Part shown: positions 29,008-38,123 of the stretch, piece after piece
How the letters are laid out: each line of letters opens with the position of its first letter
Numbering within the stretch: the stretch's first letter is position 1
DNA from: Reyranella sp.
GTDB lineage: Bacteria; Pseudomonadota; Alphaproteobacteria; Reyranellales; Reyranellaceae
Direction: 5' to 3'
Assembly: GCA_035651335.1 (NCBI GenBank)
Contig: DASRFX010000131.1
Location: forward strand, 14,499-78,498
Length of the DNA stretch: 64,000 nt
Notes under the pieces: generated by a model
The model's database searches: none
What the model was told of the DNA's origin: nothing
The model's input: only the letters and a program-made list of their open reading frames with translations
Made by a program: the position numbers and the translations under genes

Positions 29008-29763
29008 TTGAAGGGGGCGTTGGTCACCGGCGCCGCGACGCGCGTCGGCCGCGCGCTGGCGATGGCGCTGGCCGAGGACGGCTGGTTCGTTTTCGTCCAT
29101 CATTTGGAGTCGGCAGCACAAGCCCGTCAGACCGTGGCCGACATCAAGGCCGCGGGCGGCAAGGCAAGAGCCGTGCGGGCCGACCTTGCATCGGCCAAGC
29201 AAGCCGAGGCGCTGGTCGGCAAATGCGCGGCGCCCGGCGTGCGCCTCACCTGCCTTGTGAACAACGCCTCGCTGTTCAAGCTCGACCGTCCGCCGACGGC
29301 GACGGCCGAGCTGTTCGAGCGGCACATGGCGGTGAACCTGCGCGCGCCGATGCTGCTGTCGCAGGCGCTGGCGCGACAATTGCCGGACGGCGAGACCGGC
29401 CTGATCGTCAACCTGCTCGACCAGAAGCTGTTCAATCTCAACCCGGATTTCCTGACCTACACGCTCTCGAAGGTCGGGTTGCAGGGGCTGACGACGCTCC
29501 TGGCGCAGGCCTTCGCGCCCCGGATCCGCGTGGCCGGCATCGCGCCCGGACTCACCTTGCGCAGCGGCAGCCAGACCGACGCGCGCTTCGAGGAGCAGCA
29601 CACCCAGAACCCGCTCGGCGTCGGCGTGACCACAGAAGATCTCGTGCGCGCCCTGCGCTTCATTGTGGCGACTCCCACCTTCACCGGAGATACGCTGATC
29701 GTCGACAGCGGCGAGCACCTGACCGGCCGGCCGCGCGACATCGCCTTTCACAAGAAGAAGTAA
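29008..29763 (+). CDS. SDR oxidoreductase, pteridine reductase/FolM-like
   Basis: TTG start after GGGAGG; ALVTGAATRVG, LVNNAS, VNLRAP, YTLSK and DSGEHL. Directly upstream of folB. Confidence 0.87.
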   Translation: MKGALVTGAATRVGRALAMALAEDGWFVFVHHLESAAQARQTVADIKAAGGKARAVRADLASAKQAEALVGKCAAPGVRLTCLVNNASLFKLDRPPTATAELFERHMAVNLRAPMLLSQALARQLPDGETGLIVNLLDQKLFNLNPDFLTYTLSKVGLQGLTTLLAQAFAPRIRVAGIAPGLTLRSGSQTDARFEEQHTQNPLGVGVTTEDLVRALRFIVATPTFTGDTLIVDSGEHLTGRPRDIAFHKKK

Positions 29764-30120
29764 ATGGACCGCAGGATCTTCTTTCGCGACCTTCGCCTGC
29801 CCGTCTCGATCGGCATCCACGATTTTGAGAAGAAGGGGCCGCAGACGGTGGTGGTGAATGTCGATCTGGTGCTGGCGCCGGCAGAGAAGGCGCACAACGA
29901 CCGCATCGCCAACGTGCTGAACTACGACACGGTGCATGACGGCATCGTGGCGCTCGCCAAGTCGCGGCACTTCAACCTGCAGGAGACGCTGGTCGAGGCG
30001 ATCCTCGATCTCTGCCTGCGGCAGCCTGGCGTGGTCGAGGCGCGGGTCTCGACAGAGAAGCCCGACGTCTACAAGGACTGCAAGGTCGGCTACGAGGCGG
30101 TGCGCCGCCGCCCGAGCTGA
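29764..30120 (+). CDS. folB: Dihydroneopterin aldolase
   Basis: IGIHDFEK..PQ, NYD, F.LQETL.E and EKPD motifs. Confidence 0.88.
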   Translation: MDRRIFFRDLRLPVSIGIHDFEKKGPQTVVVNVDLVLAPAEKAHNDRIANVLNYDTVHDGIVALAKSRHFNLQETLVEAILDLCLRQPGVVEARVSTEKPDVYKDCKVGYEAVRRRPS

Positions 30121-31040
30121 TGGCCGCTCACGGCCGTCACCTGGGCGGCGCCTTTGCCGCCATGCTGTTCGTCGGCGCGAGCTGGGGCGCCAACGTGCCG
30201 GTATCGAAGGTCATGCTGCAGCATTTCGACCTGATCCCGATGTCGGCGCTGCGCACCATGCTGTCGGTGCTGGTGCTTGCTGTCTTGCTGTTGCTCGTCG
30301 AAGGGGCGCGCGCGCTGCGCATCCGGCTGGCGTTCGGCCGGTTCGTCATGCTCGGCCTCATCATGGGCAGCTTCTTCACCATGTACGCGTTCGGCATCCT
30401 GTTCAGCAATCCGATCAGCGCGGCGGCAGTGCAGGTCGCGGGGCCGCTGGTCTCGGCCGTCACCGTCCGCCTCGCGACCGGTCAGCGCTTCGACCCGGGC
30501 TTCGGCATCGCGCTGCTGCTCACGCTGCTCGGCGGGCTCATCCTGGCGGCCGGCAGCCTGCTCGGCAAAGGGCCCGTCACCTTGGGCGGTGGCGAGATCG
30601 TGGTTCTTCTGTCCAATGCGCTGTGGACGCTCTACGCGCTCAAGGCGCAGGCCTGGTTCACGCGCGAGAGCCAGCTCCATCGCACCTATGTCGCGTCGGT
30701 CTCGGCGATGGGCTGGATGGTGTTGATCTGCGTGCTGATGGTCGGACTGGGCTGGTCGCGCTCGCCGCTCGGTGTCAGCGACAGCTGGATCTGGACGCAG
30801 TTCGTCGTGGTCGCGATCTTGGCGAGCGGGCTGGGCGGCTATTTCTGGAACATCGGCGCCAGCCGGCTCGGCGTCGCCGTGGCATCGCTGTGGGTCAACC
30901 TGGTGCCGTTCTTCGCCGTCCTGTGGTCGATGGCCTACGGCTTCATGCCCAATCTCTACCAGATCGTGGGCGGGCTGGTGGCGCTCTCCGGTGTTGTCTA
31001 TATGCAATGGCGCAAGCTCGCCAAGACCCTGCCGGCATGA
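30120..31040 (+). CDS. DMT/EamA family transporter
   Basis: About 10 TM segments; WGAN...K, WN.GA..LG and NLVP.FAV motifs. Confidence 0.88.
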   Translation: MAAHGRHLGGAFAAMLFVGASWGANVPVSKVMLQHFDLIPMSALRTMLSVLVLAVLLLLVEGARALRIRLAFGRFVMLGLIMGSFFTMYAFGILFSNPISAAAVQVAGPLVSAVTVRLATGQRFDPGFGIALLLTLLGGLILAAGSLLGKGPVTLGGGEIVVLLSNALWTLYALKAQAWFTRESQLHRTYVASVSAMGWMVLICVLMVGLGWSRSPLGVSDSWIWTQFVVVAILASGLGGYFWNIGASRLGVAVASLWVNLVPFFAVLWSMAYGFMPNLYQIVGGLVALSGVVYMQWRKLAKTLPA

Positions 31041-31468
31041 AAGATACATTGCTCAAAGCGCGCGACTGCCGCTGGATTTCCGTGCCCGGCGCCGCCGACG
31101 CGCGGGGCCGCATCAATTTTCTCGAATTGGGCAAGGGCCTCGACTTCAGGCCGGTGCGACTGTTCTGGCTTTACCAGATCGCCGCCGGTCAGTGGCGCGG
31201 CCGCCACGGGCATCGCCAGACGAAGCTGGTGTTCGTCCCGGTCAATGGCAGCTGCCGCGTCCATCTCGATGACGGCAAGGTCAAGGAGAGCGTGACGCTC
31301 GACGACCCGGCCAAGGCGCTCTACGTGGCACCCTGGGTGTGGCACGAGCTCACCGACTTCGCGCCGCAGACCGCGATCGTGATCGTCGCCTCGTCGGTCT
31401 ACGACGAGGCCGACTACCTGCGCGACTACGACGTGTTCAATCGCGAGGTACGGGAGCGCTTCGGATGA
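31037..31468 (+). CDS. FdtA/QdtA/WxcM-like cupin dTDP-sugar 3,4-ketoisomerase
   Basis: DARG.I, RGRHGH, WHEL.DF and AS..YDEADYLRDY motifs. ATGA overlap. Confidence 0.88.
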   Translation: MKDTLLKARDCRWISVPGAADARGRINFLELGKGLDFRPVRLFWLYQIAAGQWRGRHGHRQTKLVFVPVNGSCRVHLDDGKVKESVTLDDPAKALYVAPWVWHELTDFAPQTAIVIVASSVYDEADYLRDYDVFNREVRERFG

Positions 31469-32571
31469 GCATTCCCTTCCTCGACATGAAATCGGCCTAT
31501 GCCGAGCTGAAGCCCGAGCTCGACGCCGCCTATGCGCGAGTCATGGAATCGGGCTGGTTCGTGCTCGGCAAGGAAGTCGAGGCGTTCGAGGCCGAGTACG
31601 CGGCGTTCTGCGGGACCAGGCATTGCGTCGGCGTCGGCAATGGCCTGGAGGCGCTCGAGCTCTGCCTGCGCGGCTGGGAGATCGGGCCGGGCGACGAAGT
31701 CATCGTTCCATCCAACACCTATATCGCGACCTGGCTTGCGGTGACCGCGGTCGGCGCCAAGGTCGTGCCGGTTGAGCCGACGCCGGAGGGCCCCAACATC
31801 GACCCCGACCGCATCGCCGCCGCGATCACGCCGCGCACCAGGGCAATCATGCCGGTGCATCTCTACGGCGAGCCGGCCGACATGGACTCGATCATGGCGC
31901 TGGCATCGAAGCACGGCCTCAAGGTCGTGGAGGACGTGGCGCAGGCCCAGGGTTCGAAGGTGCGCGGCCGACGGGCGGGGGCGCTCGGGCATGCCGGCGC
32001 CCATTCGTTCTTTCCGACCAAGAATATCGGCGCCTATGGCGACGGCGGCGCGGTGACCACCGACGACGACAAGCTCGCCGACCGCCTGCGTGCGCTGCGC
32101 AACTACGGCTCCAAAGTGAAGTACGTGAACATCGAGCGCGGCTTCAACTCGCGTCTCGACGAACTGCAGGCGGCCTTCCTGCGCGTCAAGCTCCGGCATC
32201 TCGACCGCTGGAACGAACGGCGCCGCGCCGTGGCCGCCCGGTACACCGATCGGCTGGCCGGCATTCCCGGGCTTGGCTTGCCGCGCGCGCCGCAATGGGC
32301 CGAGCCCGTCTGGCACCTATACGTTGTGCGCAGCAACCGCCGGAGCGAGCTGATGGCCGCGCTCGACAAGGCGGGTATCGGCTCGCTGATCCACTACCCG
32401 ATCCCGCCCCACCTGCAGCAGGCCTATGCCGATCTCGGTCTGCCCAAGGGCTCCTTTCCGCTGGCCGAAGCGCTCGCCGACGCGGTGCTCAGCCTGCCGA
32501 TGGGGCCGCATCTGCCGCTCGAAGCCGTGGACCAGGTGGCTGCGGCCGTTCGCCGGGCCCTCCAGGGGTAA
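31465..32571 (+). CDS. DegT/DnrJ/EryC1/StrS sugar aminotransferase (FdtB-like)
   Basis: IPFLD, GNGLEAL, PVHLYG, SFFPTKNIGAYGDGG, NSRLDELQAA and HYPIP motifs. Confidence 0.93.
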   Translation: MSIPFLDMKSAYAELKPELDAAYARVMESGWFVLGKEVEAFEAEYAAFCGTRHCVGVGNGLEALELCLRGWEIGPGDEVIVPSNTYIATWLAVTAVGAKVVPVEPTPEGPNIDPDRIAAAITPRTRAIMPVHLYGEPADMDSIMALASKHGLKVVEDVAQAQGSKVRGRRAGALGHAGAHSFFPTKNIGAYGDGGAVTTDDDKLADRLRALRNYGSKVKYVNIERGFNSRLDELQAAFLRVKLRHLDRWNERRRAVAARYTDRLAGIPGLGLPRAPQWAEPVWHLYVVRSNRRSELMAALDKAGIGSLIHYPIPPHLQQAYADLGLPKGSFPLAEALADAVLSLPMGPHLPLEAVDQVAAAVRRALQG

Positions 32572-32668
32572 AAAAGGGCCGCGTCGGCCCCCTTGGGTTG
32601 CATCCTTTGGCCGCGGACCTGCGTTGTCGGTGCGCCAAGGAGATTGGCTACCTGGAGGATTTCCGACG

Positions 32669-33355
32669 ATGTTCAAGCCGCTGCCCCTGATTGCCTTCGC
32701 GGGCGCTGCCATGCTGCTGGGCGCCTGCAGCGAACCACAAGCCATCACGGCGCCGCCGCCGGCGCCCCCGATGCAGTCCACGTCTTACATGGTGTTCTTC
32801 GACTGGGACCACGCTGACCTGTCGCCGCAGGCTGTCGCGACGGTCGGCCAGGCCGCCCAGGCCTTCAAGTCGACGGGCCAGAGCCGCATCACGGCGACCG
32901 GCCATACCGACACCTCCGGTCCCGACAGCTACAACATGGCGCTGTCGCTGCGCCGCGCCAATGCCGTCAAGGACGAGCTGGTGCGCGACGGCGTGCCCGC
33001 CACCGCGATCTCCGTCATCGGCAAGGGCGAGCACGACCTGCTGGTCCCGACGGCCGACGGCGTGCGCGAGCCTCAAAACCGCCGCGTGGTGATCGATCTC
33101 GGCACCGCCCAGACCAGCCAGGTCGGCGTCGGCGTGTTCCGCGACCCCGCGTCCTACTGCACGGCGCTGCAGGACAAGTACCGGCAGTACAAGAAGCGCG
33201 ACCTCGAGAAGGCCGCCGCCGCTGCCATGGACCAGTGCGATCATGGCGACTACGCCGCGGGCATTCCGACCCTCGAGAATTTCCTGATCGACGACAAGAT
33301 TCCGCTGCCGTCGCCCGGCTATCGCTGGCCCGGCAGGAGCTACGCTCCGTCGTGA
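32669..33355 (+). CDS. OmpA-family lipoprotein with an extra C-terminal domain
   Basis: Lipobox LGAC; YMVFFDWD, GHTDTSG, YNMALS.RRA and EPQNRRV motifs. Confidence 0.9.
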   Translation: MFKPLPLIAFAGAAMLLGACSEPQAITAPPPAPPMQSTSYMVFFDWDHADLSPQAVATVGQAAQAFKSTGQSRITATGHTDTSGPDSYNMALSLRRANAVKDELVRDGVPATAISVIGKGEHDLLVPTADGVREPQNRRVVIDLGTAQTSQVGVGVFRDPASYCTALQDKYRQYKKRDLEKAAAAAMDQCDHGDYAAGIPTLENFLIDDKIPLPSPGYRWPGRSYAPS

Positions 33356-33382
33356 TCGACTGACGGAAAAAGGGAGATGGGA

Positions 33383-33415
33383 AACGGCCGGCTGCAAAGC
33401 CGGCCGTTGCCTTTT
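33383..33415 (+). terminator. Rho-independent terminator
   Basis: AACGGCCGGCT-GCAA-AGCCGGCCGTT hairpin followed by GCCTTTT. Confidence 0.7.
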
Positions 33416-33460
33416 GGCGCCGCGGCCGCGCTATAGTCGCTTGCGAAAAGGAGCGGCACG

Positions 33461-34495
33461 ATGAAGCTTGGCCTGTCCATCGGCTATTCGAGGGCCGATC
33501 TCGATATCCCGGTGAAGCTCGTGCAGCGCGCCGAGGAGCTGGGATACGACTCGGTGTGGACCGCCGAGGCCTACGGCTCGGATGCGGTCACGCCGCTTGC
33601 CTATCTCGCCGCCCTCACCAGGCGCATCAAGCTCGGCACCGGCATCATGCAGCTCGCGGCGCGCACGCCCGCCAACGCGGCGATGTCGGCCGCGACGGTC
33701 GACGCCATGGCGGGCGGCGGGCGTTTCATCGCCGGCATCGGCGTCTCGGGCCCGCAGATCGTCGAGGGCTGGTATGGCCAGCCGTGGGGCCGGCCCTATT
33801 ACCGGATGAAGGATTACGTGGCGATCATGCGCAAGATCTTCGCGCGCGAGGCGCCCGTCACGCACGACGGGAAGGAGATCGCGCTGCCCTATACCGGGCC
33901 CGGCGCGGTCGGCCTCGCCAAGCCGCTGAAGTCGATCCTGCACATGAACCAGATCCCGATCTATCTCGCCACGGGCAGCGAGACGACGGTCAAGCTGACA
34001 GCCGAGATCGCCGACGGCTGGCTGCCGATGGGTTTCGTACCTGGCGCGATGAAGGAATACCGGCCGTGGCTCGAGGAGGGCTTCAAGCGCGCCGGCAACG
34101 GCAAGGGCTTTCGCAACTTCACCATCCAGGCCTCAGTGCATGTCGAGGTCGACAACGACGTGAAGGCGGCGCTCCAGCGGCTCAAGCCCGAGGTCGCGCT
34201 CTATGTCGGCGGCATGGGGCACAAGACCAAGAACTTCCATAACGACATCATGGTGCGCCGCGGCTTCGGCGATGCCGCCAAGCGTATCCAGGAGCTCTAC
34301 CTTGCCAAGCGCAAGGACGAGGCAATCGCAGCCGTGCCCGACGAATGGGTCGATCTGAAATCGCTGGTCGGCCCAGCGGCGCGCATCAAGGAGCGCTATC
34401 GCGCGTGGGAGGACAGCGGCGCCGATTCGCTCTCGGTGCGCTCGCGCCAGCCCGAGGCGATCGAGGTCATGGCCCAGGCGGCGCGGTTGAACTGA
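33461..34495 (+). CDS. LLM class (F420-dependent-like) oxidoreductase
   Basis: GYDSVWTAEAYGSDA, ARTPA, GVSGPQIVEGWYG and ALYVGGMG motifs. Confidence 0.92.
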   Translation: MKLGLSIGYSRADLDIPVKLVQRAEELGYDSVWTAEAYGSDAVTPLAYLAALTRRIKLGTGIMQLAARTPANAAMSAATVDAMAGGGRFIAGIGVSGPQIVEGWYGQPWGRPYYRMKDYVAIMRKIFAREAPVTHDGKEIALPYTGPGAVGLAKPLKSILHMNQIPIYLATGSETTVKLTAEIADGWLPMGFVPGAMKEYRPWLEEGFKRAGNGKGFRNFTIQASVHVEVDNDVKAALQRLKPEVALYVGGMGHKTKNFHNDIMVRRGFGDAAKRIQELYLAKRKDEAIAAVPDEWVDLKSLVGPAARIKERYRAWEDSGADSLSVRSRQPEAIEVMAQAARLN

Positions 34496-34520
34496 GCGCG
34501 ACGGCGAAGCCGTCGTCGCC

Positions 34521-35705
34521 TCACCGCGTCGGCAGCTGGAGCTCCTTCAGGACATCCTGCGCCACCAACGCATCGAGACGCGCGTTCGGATGTCCGTCGT
34601 GGGCGATGAAGAAATTGTGCCATTCCTCGGAATGGCCGATGATGCGCCGTACCGGCACCATCGGCGTATCGAGGGTCCGGATGCGCTTGAAGATCGGCAC
34701 GAACCGCACGTCGAGCTGGCCTTCGATGTCCTTCTCGGGCCAGTCGTAGACCAGCACCAGCGGCGCCTTGTAGCGTTCGCGCACGAGCTGCTGCAGCCGC
34801 GCCACCAGCGCCACATAGAGATCCGCCTGTTCGCGCTCGACGTCGGCTTCCGCCGCGCGCGCTGCCGAGGCGAGATAGGTGCGGGCGAGGAACCAGGCGC
34901 CGGCCGCGGGATCGCGCCACCGATGGCCGTCGAACGTGCCGGTGTGGTGCAGCTTGCCGGCCTGGTCGAGCACGAAGCGCGGCGAATTGCCGAGCCAGCC
35001 GCCGTCGCCGATGACGCGCGGCATCTGCAACGGCGTGCTCCAGGTTATGACCGCCGCGACCTTGCCGACGATGTACTTGTCGTACAGCCCGGTCTCGATG
35101 GCGCGCACGAGGTGCGCGGGCGAGTAGCCCAGCACGCCGAGATTGACCACGTGCGCGGGCGCCGCCAGGTGCTGGGCGAACTGCGAGGGCAGCGTCTCGT
35201 TGTCGTTGAGGCCCTCGCCGAAGATGTAGGAATCGCCGATGAACAGATACGTCGGTCCGCTGGTTGCCGAACCGGGCGTCAGGCGGGCACCCGAGGGCTC
35301 GATCGTATAGGTCTTGTGATAGATCACCTCGTCGTGGAACTTGCCGACGACGTCGACCGAGACGCCCGGCTCCGGCCGATAGCCGACGACGTCGTCGCTG
35401 ACGTTCCAGTGCGATGGCGTGTCGATCTTGGTCATGTTGCGGTTGAGCGCGGGCTCGGCCAGCACGTGAAAGAACGCTTCGGCGATGGCGAAGCTGGCGA
35501 AGAACGAGGCGAGCAACAGCGAGCCGGTGCGCCAGCGCGGGCCGCGGAACAGCACGACGCCGCTCAGCGCCAGCACGGCGTCTACGGCAAGCGCCCAAAC
35601 CGGCGCCAGCCAGACGGTCGACACGACGAAGCCCGCGACCAGCAGAATGGCAATCAAGGCGGTTCGAAGGGGAGGCGCGGGACGCACGATTTGGTCGGTC
35701 GGCAC
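34521..35705 (-). CDS. Membrane-anchored SGNH/GDSL-like hydrolase
   Basis: Three N-terminal TM segments, GDSYIFGEG, NLGVLGY and DGHPN. Confidence 0.78.
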   Translation of the reverse strand: MPTDQIVRPAPPLRTALIAILLVAGFVVSTVWLAPVWALAVDAVLALSGVVLFRGPRWRTGSLLLASFFASFAIAEAFFHVLAEPALNRNMTKIDTPSHWNVSDDVVGYRPEPGVSVDVVGKFHDEVIYHKTYTIEPSGARLTPGSATSGPTYLFIGDSYIFGEGLNDNETLPSQFAQHLAAPAHVVNLGVLGYSPAHLVRAIETGLYDKYIVGKVAAVITWSTPLQMPRVIGDGGWLGNSPRFVLDQAGKLHHTGTFDGHRWRDPAAGAWFLARTYLASAARAAEADVEREQADLYVALVARLQQLVRERYKAPLVLVYDWPEKDIEGQLDVRFVPIFKRIRTLDTPMVPVRRIIGHSEEWHNFFIAHDGHPNARLDALVAQDVLKELQLPTR

Positions 35706-35808
35706 GGCTGCACAAAGACCATATCGGCGTTTCGCTCGTCCAGAGCTAAGTGCTTGACGGGAAGGGCCAGTACGGTGCGCAATCCCGCTCCAAGGGAGTC
35801 AAAGCCTC

Positions 35809-36660
35809 ATGAAAATCGGCGCGGTCATGTTCTTCACCACCGACTCGATGCGTCCGGCGCCGTTGGCGCAGGCGCTCGAGGAGCGCGGCTTCGAGTCGCT
35901 GTGGGTGCCCGAGCACACGCATATCCCGTCGACCCGCAAGACGCCCTATCCGGCGGGCGGCGGATTGATCCGGCCGTATTACGAAATCATGGACCCTTTC
36001 CTGGTCCTCACGGCGGCTGCGACCGCGACCACCAGGCTCAAGGTCGGCACGGGCATCGCGCTCGTCATCCAGCGCGACCCGATCATCACCGCCAAAGCGG
36101 TGGCGACCATCGACCAGCTGAGCCAGGGCCGTTTCCTGTTTGGCGTCGGTAACGGCTGGAACCAGGACGAGATCGAGAACCACGGCACCGTCTTCAAGAC
36201 GCGCCACAAGCTCGCGCGCGAACGCATCGAGGCGATGAAGGCGATCTGGACGATGGAGGAGCCGGAGTATCACGGCGAGTTCGTGAAGTTCGACAAGATG
36301 AAGATGTGGCCCAAGCCGTACCAGAAGCCGCATCCGCCGATCATCGTCGGCGGCCGGCTGGAATACGCCGCCAAGCGCGCCTTCCGCTACGGCGACGGCT
36401 GGATTCCCCGCGACGACTGGCTGGAGACCGACGGCGTCGAGTCGATCCACACCTTCCGCAAGATGGCCGCTGACGCGGGCCGCGACCCCAAGAGCCTGCC
36501 GATCAGCATCTTCCGCACACCCGACAATCTCGACCGGCTGAAGCTCTGCCGCGACATCGGCATCGATCGCGTGGTGTTCACGCTGCCGGCCGAGAAGGAG
36601 GACAAGCTCCTGCCGATCATGGACCGCTGGGCCGAGCTGCAGCGTCAGTTGGGCGGCTGA
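35809..36660 (+). CDS. LLM class (F420-dependent-like) oxidoreductase
   Basis: GFESLWVPEHTHIP, AKAVATIDQLSQGRF.FGVG.GWN and PKPYQKPHPP motifs. Confidence 0.92.
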   Translation: MKIGAVMFFTTDSMRPAPLAQALEERGFESLWVPEHTHIPSTRKTPYPAGGGLIRPYYEIMDPFLVLTAAATATTRLKVGTGIALVIQRDPIITAKAVATIDQLSQGRFLFGVGNGWNQDEIENHGTVFKTRHKLARERIEAMKAIWTMEEPEYHGEFVKFDKMKMWPKPYQKPHPPIIVGGRLEYAAKRAFRYGDGWIPRDDWLETDGVESIHTFRKMAADAGRDPKSLPISIFRTPDNLDRLKLCRDIGIDRVVFTLPAEKEDKLLPIMDRWAELQRQLGG

Positions 36661-37292
36661 TTGTCGCGACTTGCGCGGTCGCGCCGCGAACCGCGGGACA
36701 CGACGGCCCACGAGACCGCGAACCCGAGCACGACCAGCAGGACGATGGCGACGGGTATGGCTTCGTTGCCGAGGCCCAGCTTCCTGAGGACAGTCGTGGC
36801 GATGGTGCCGGGCAGCAGCAGTCCGGGCGCCCAGATGATCGCCGACGTTATGTTGGCGAACCAGAAGCGCCCGGCGCGCATCTCGAGGATGCCGGCGGCC
36901 AACGGGACGATCGCGCGCAAGGGCCCGAAAAACCGGCCGATGAACACGCTGAGGCCGCCATATCGCTGGAAGTAGGCGATGCCGCGCGGGACGAGATCGG
37001 GGTGGCGGGTGAACGGCCATATGTCGCGGATGGCGTGGCCGAAGCGACGGCCGAGCCAGTAGGCCACGCCGTCGCCCAGCACGGCACCCACGATCGCGCC
37101 GATCACCGCCGGCGCGATGGCGAGGCCGCTGGTCGGCACGACGGTGCCGGCGGCGAGCAGCAGTGCGGTGCCGGGAAACAACAGGCTCAGGATGGGTAGC
37201 GACTCGCCGAACGACACGCCGCACAGGACGGCGGCGGTCCAGCTCGGATGGTCTGAGATGAATTGGACGAAGTAGCCGAGGAAATGGTCCAT
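36645..37292 (-). CDS. DedA family membrane protein
   Basis: ESL...PG..LL, GAVLGD..YWLGR and FIGRF..PLR..VP..AG motifs. Confidence 0.92.
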   Translation of the reverse strand: MDHFLGYFVQFISDHPSWTAAVLCGVSFGESLPILSLLFPGTALLLAAGTVVPTSGLAIAPAVIGAIVGAVLGDGVAYWLGRRFGHAIRDIWPFTRHPDLVPRGIAYFQRYGGLSVFIGRFFGPLRAIVPLAAGILEMRAGRFWFANITSAIIWAPGLLLPGTIATTVLRKLGLGNEAIPVAIVLLVVLGFAVSWAVVSRGSRRDRASRDNQPPN

Positions 37293-37317
37293 GCCGACCT
37301 TGCCGTGAAGGGCGTGG

Positions 37318-37782
37318 TCAGCGCGCGTAGGTGAACGGCTTGTCCTCGTCGTGGCGGCCGCGGGCGAAGATCTCCAGCGCGTCCGGCCGTTCCCACACGA
37401 TCTCCAGCAGGTTGCCGTCGGGGTCGTGGAAATAGATGCTCTTCTGGCTGGCGTGATCGATGGCGCGCAGGATCTTCACGCCGGCATTCTCCAGCGCGAA
37501 CCACGCGTCCTTCAGGTCCTGCTCGGTCGCGACCGCGAACGCGGTATGCCGGACGCCAAGCCCCGCCATGGCGCCGCCGCCCGCCGGCGGAATGGCGTTG
37601 GGGTCGGTGCACGGGAAGAGGTCGAGCGTGTTGCCGGCGGCGCCCAACGACAGGAACACGCCGCCATGCTCGGGGTCTTCTTCGAGCAGCGTGAAGCCCA
37701 GGATGCGCGTGTAGAAGTCCTTCGACTTCTCAAGGTCGCGGACGGCGATCAGGACATGGCCGAGGCGTTGCAGCTTGATCAT
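37318..37782 (-). CDS. VOC family protein (glyoxalase/dioxygenase)
   Basis: LGHVLIAVRDL, HTAF and SIYFHDPDGNLLE motifs. Confidence 0.9.
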   Translation of the reverse strand: MIKLQRLGHVLIAVRDLEKSKDFYTRILGFTLLEEDPEHGGVFLSLGAAGNTLDLFPCTDPNAIPPAGGGAMAGLGVRHTAFAVATEQDLKDAWFALENAGVKILRAIDHASQKSIYFHDPDGNLLEIVWERPDALEIFARGRHDEDKPFTYAR

Positions 37783-37791
37783 GTCACCATC

Positions 37792-38082
37792 CTAGCGCGG
37801 TTCGCGTGTTTTGCGCGCATGTTCAGCCAGCCGCCCTGGCCAACGCCGGGACTTGCCCAACCGGGCGTTGCCGATCGAGGGCAGGCCGATGCCGCCGCAG
37901 CGCTTGCCGTTGGCCAAGACCTGGGTGCAGCGAAAACGCTGGCCGGCCAGCTTGCGGTCGCGCAGAGCGGGTGAATCGGCATCCAGTATGGCCTCATGCC
38001 CGCAACGCTGGCAGACCACCCTGATCTCAAGGTCGCTTTGGGCCAGCTCGCGGAAGGTGCCGATGGGCTTGGAAAGCTCCAT
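37792..38082 (-). CDS. Small putative zinc-ribbon hypothetical protein
   Basis: CQRCGH ... RFRC(x9)CGG; fills the gap between rfbB and the VOC gene. Confidence 0.55.
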   Translation of the reverse strand: MELSKPIGTFRELAQSDLEIRVVCQRCGHEAILDADSPALRDRKLAGQRFRCTQVLANGKRCGGIGLPSIGNARLGKSRRWPGRLAEHARKTREPR

Positions 38083-38123
38083 GTCTGCAAATGTGGGGCT
38101 TTCGACGTGGCTTTCCTAGGGCA

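Noticed and set aside
33461-36660. Evidence for F420 metabolism
   Set aside because: The 'F420-dependent' label is family-level only, and no F420 biosynthesis genes are in the window.
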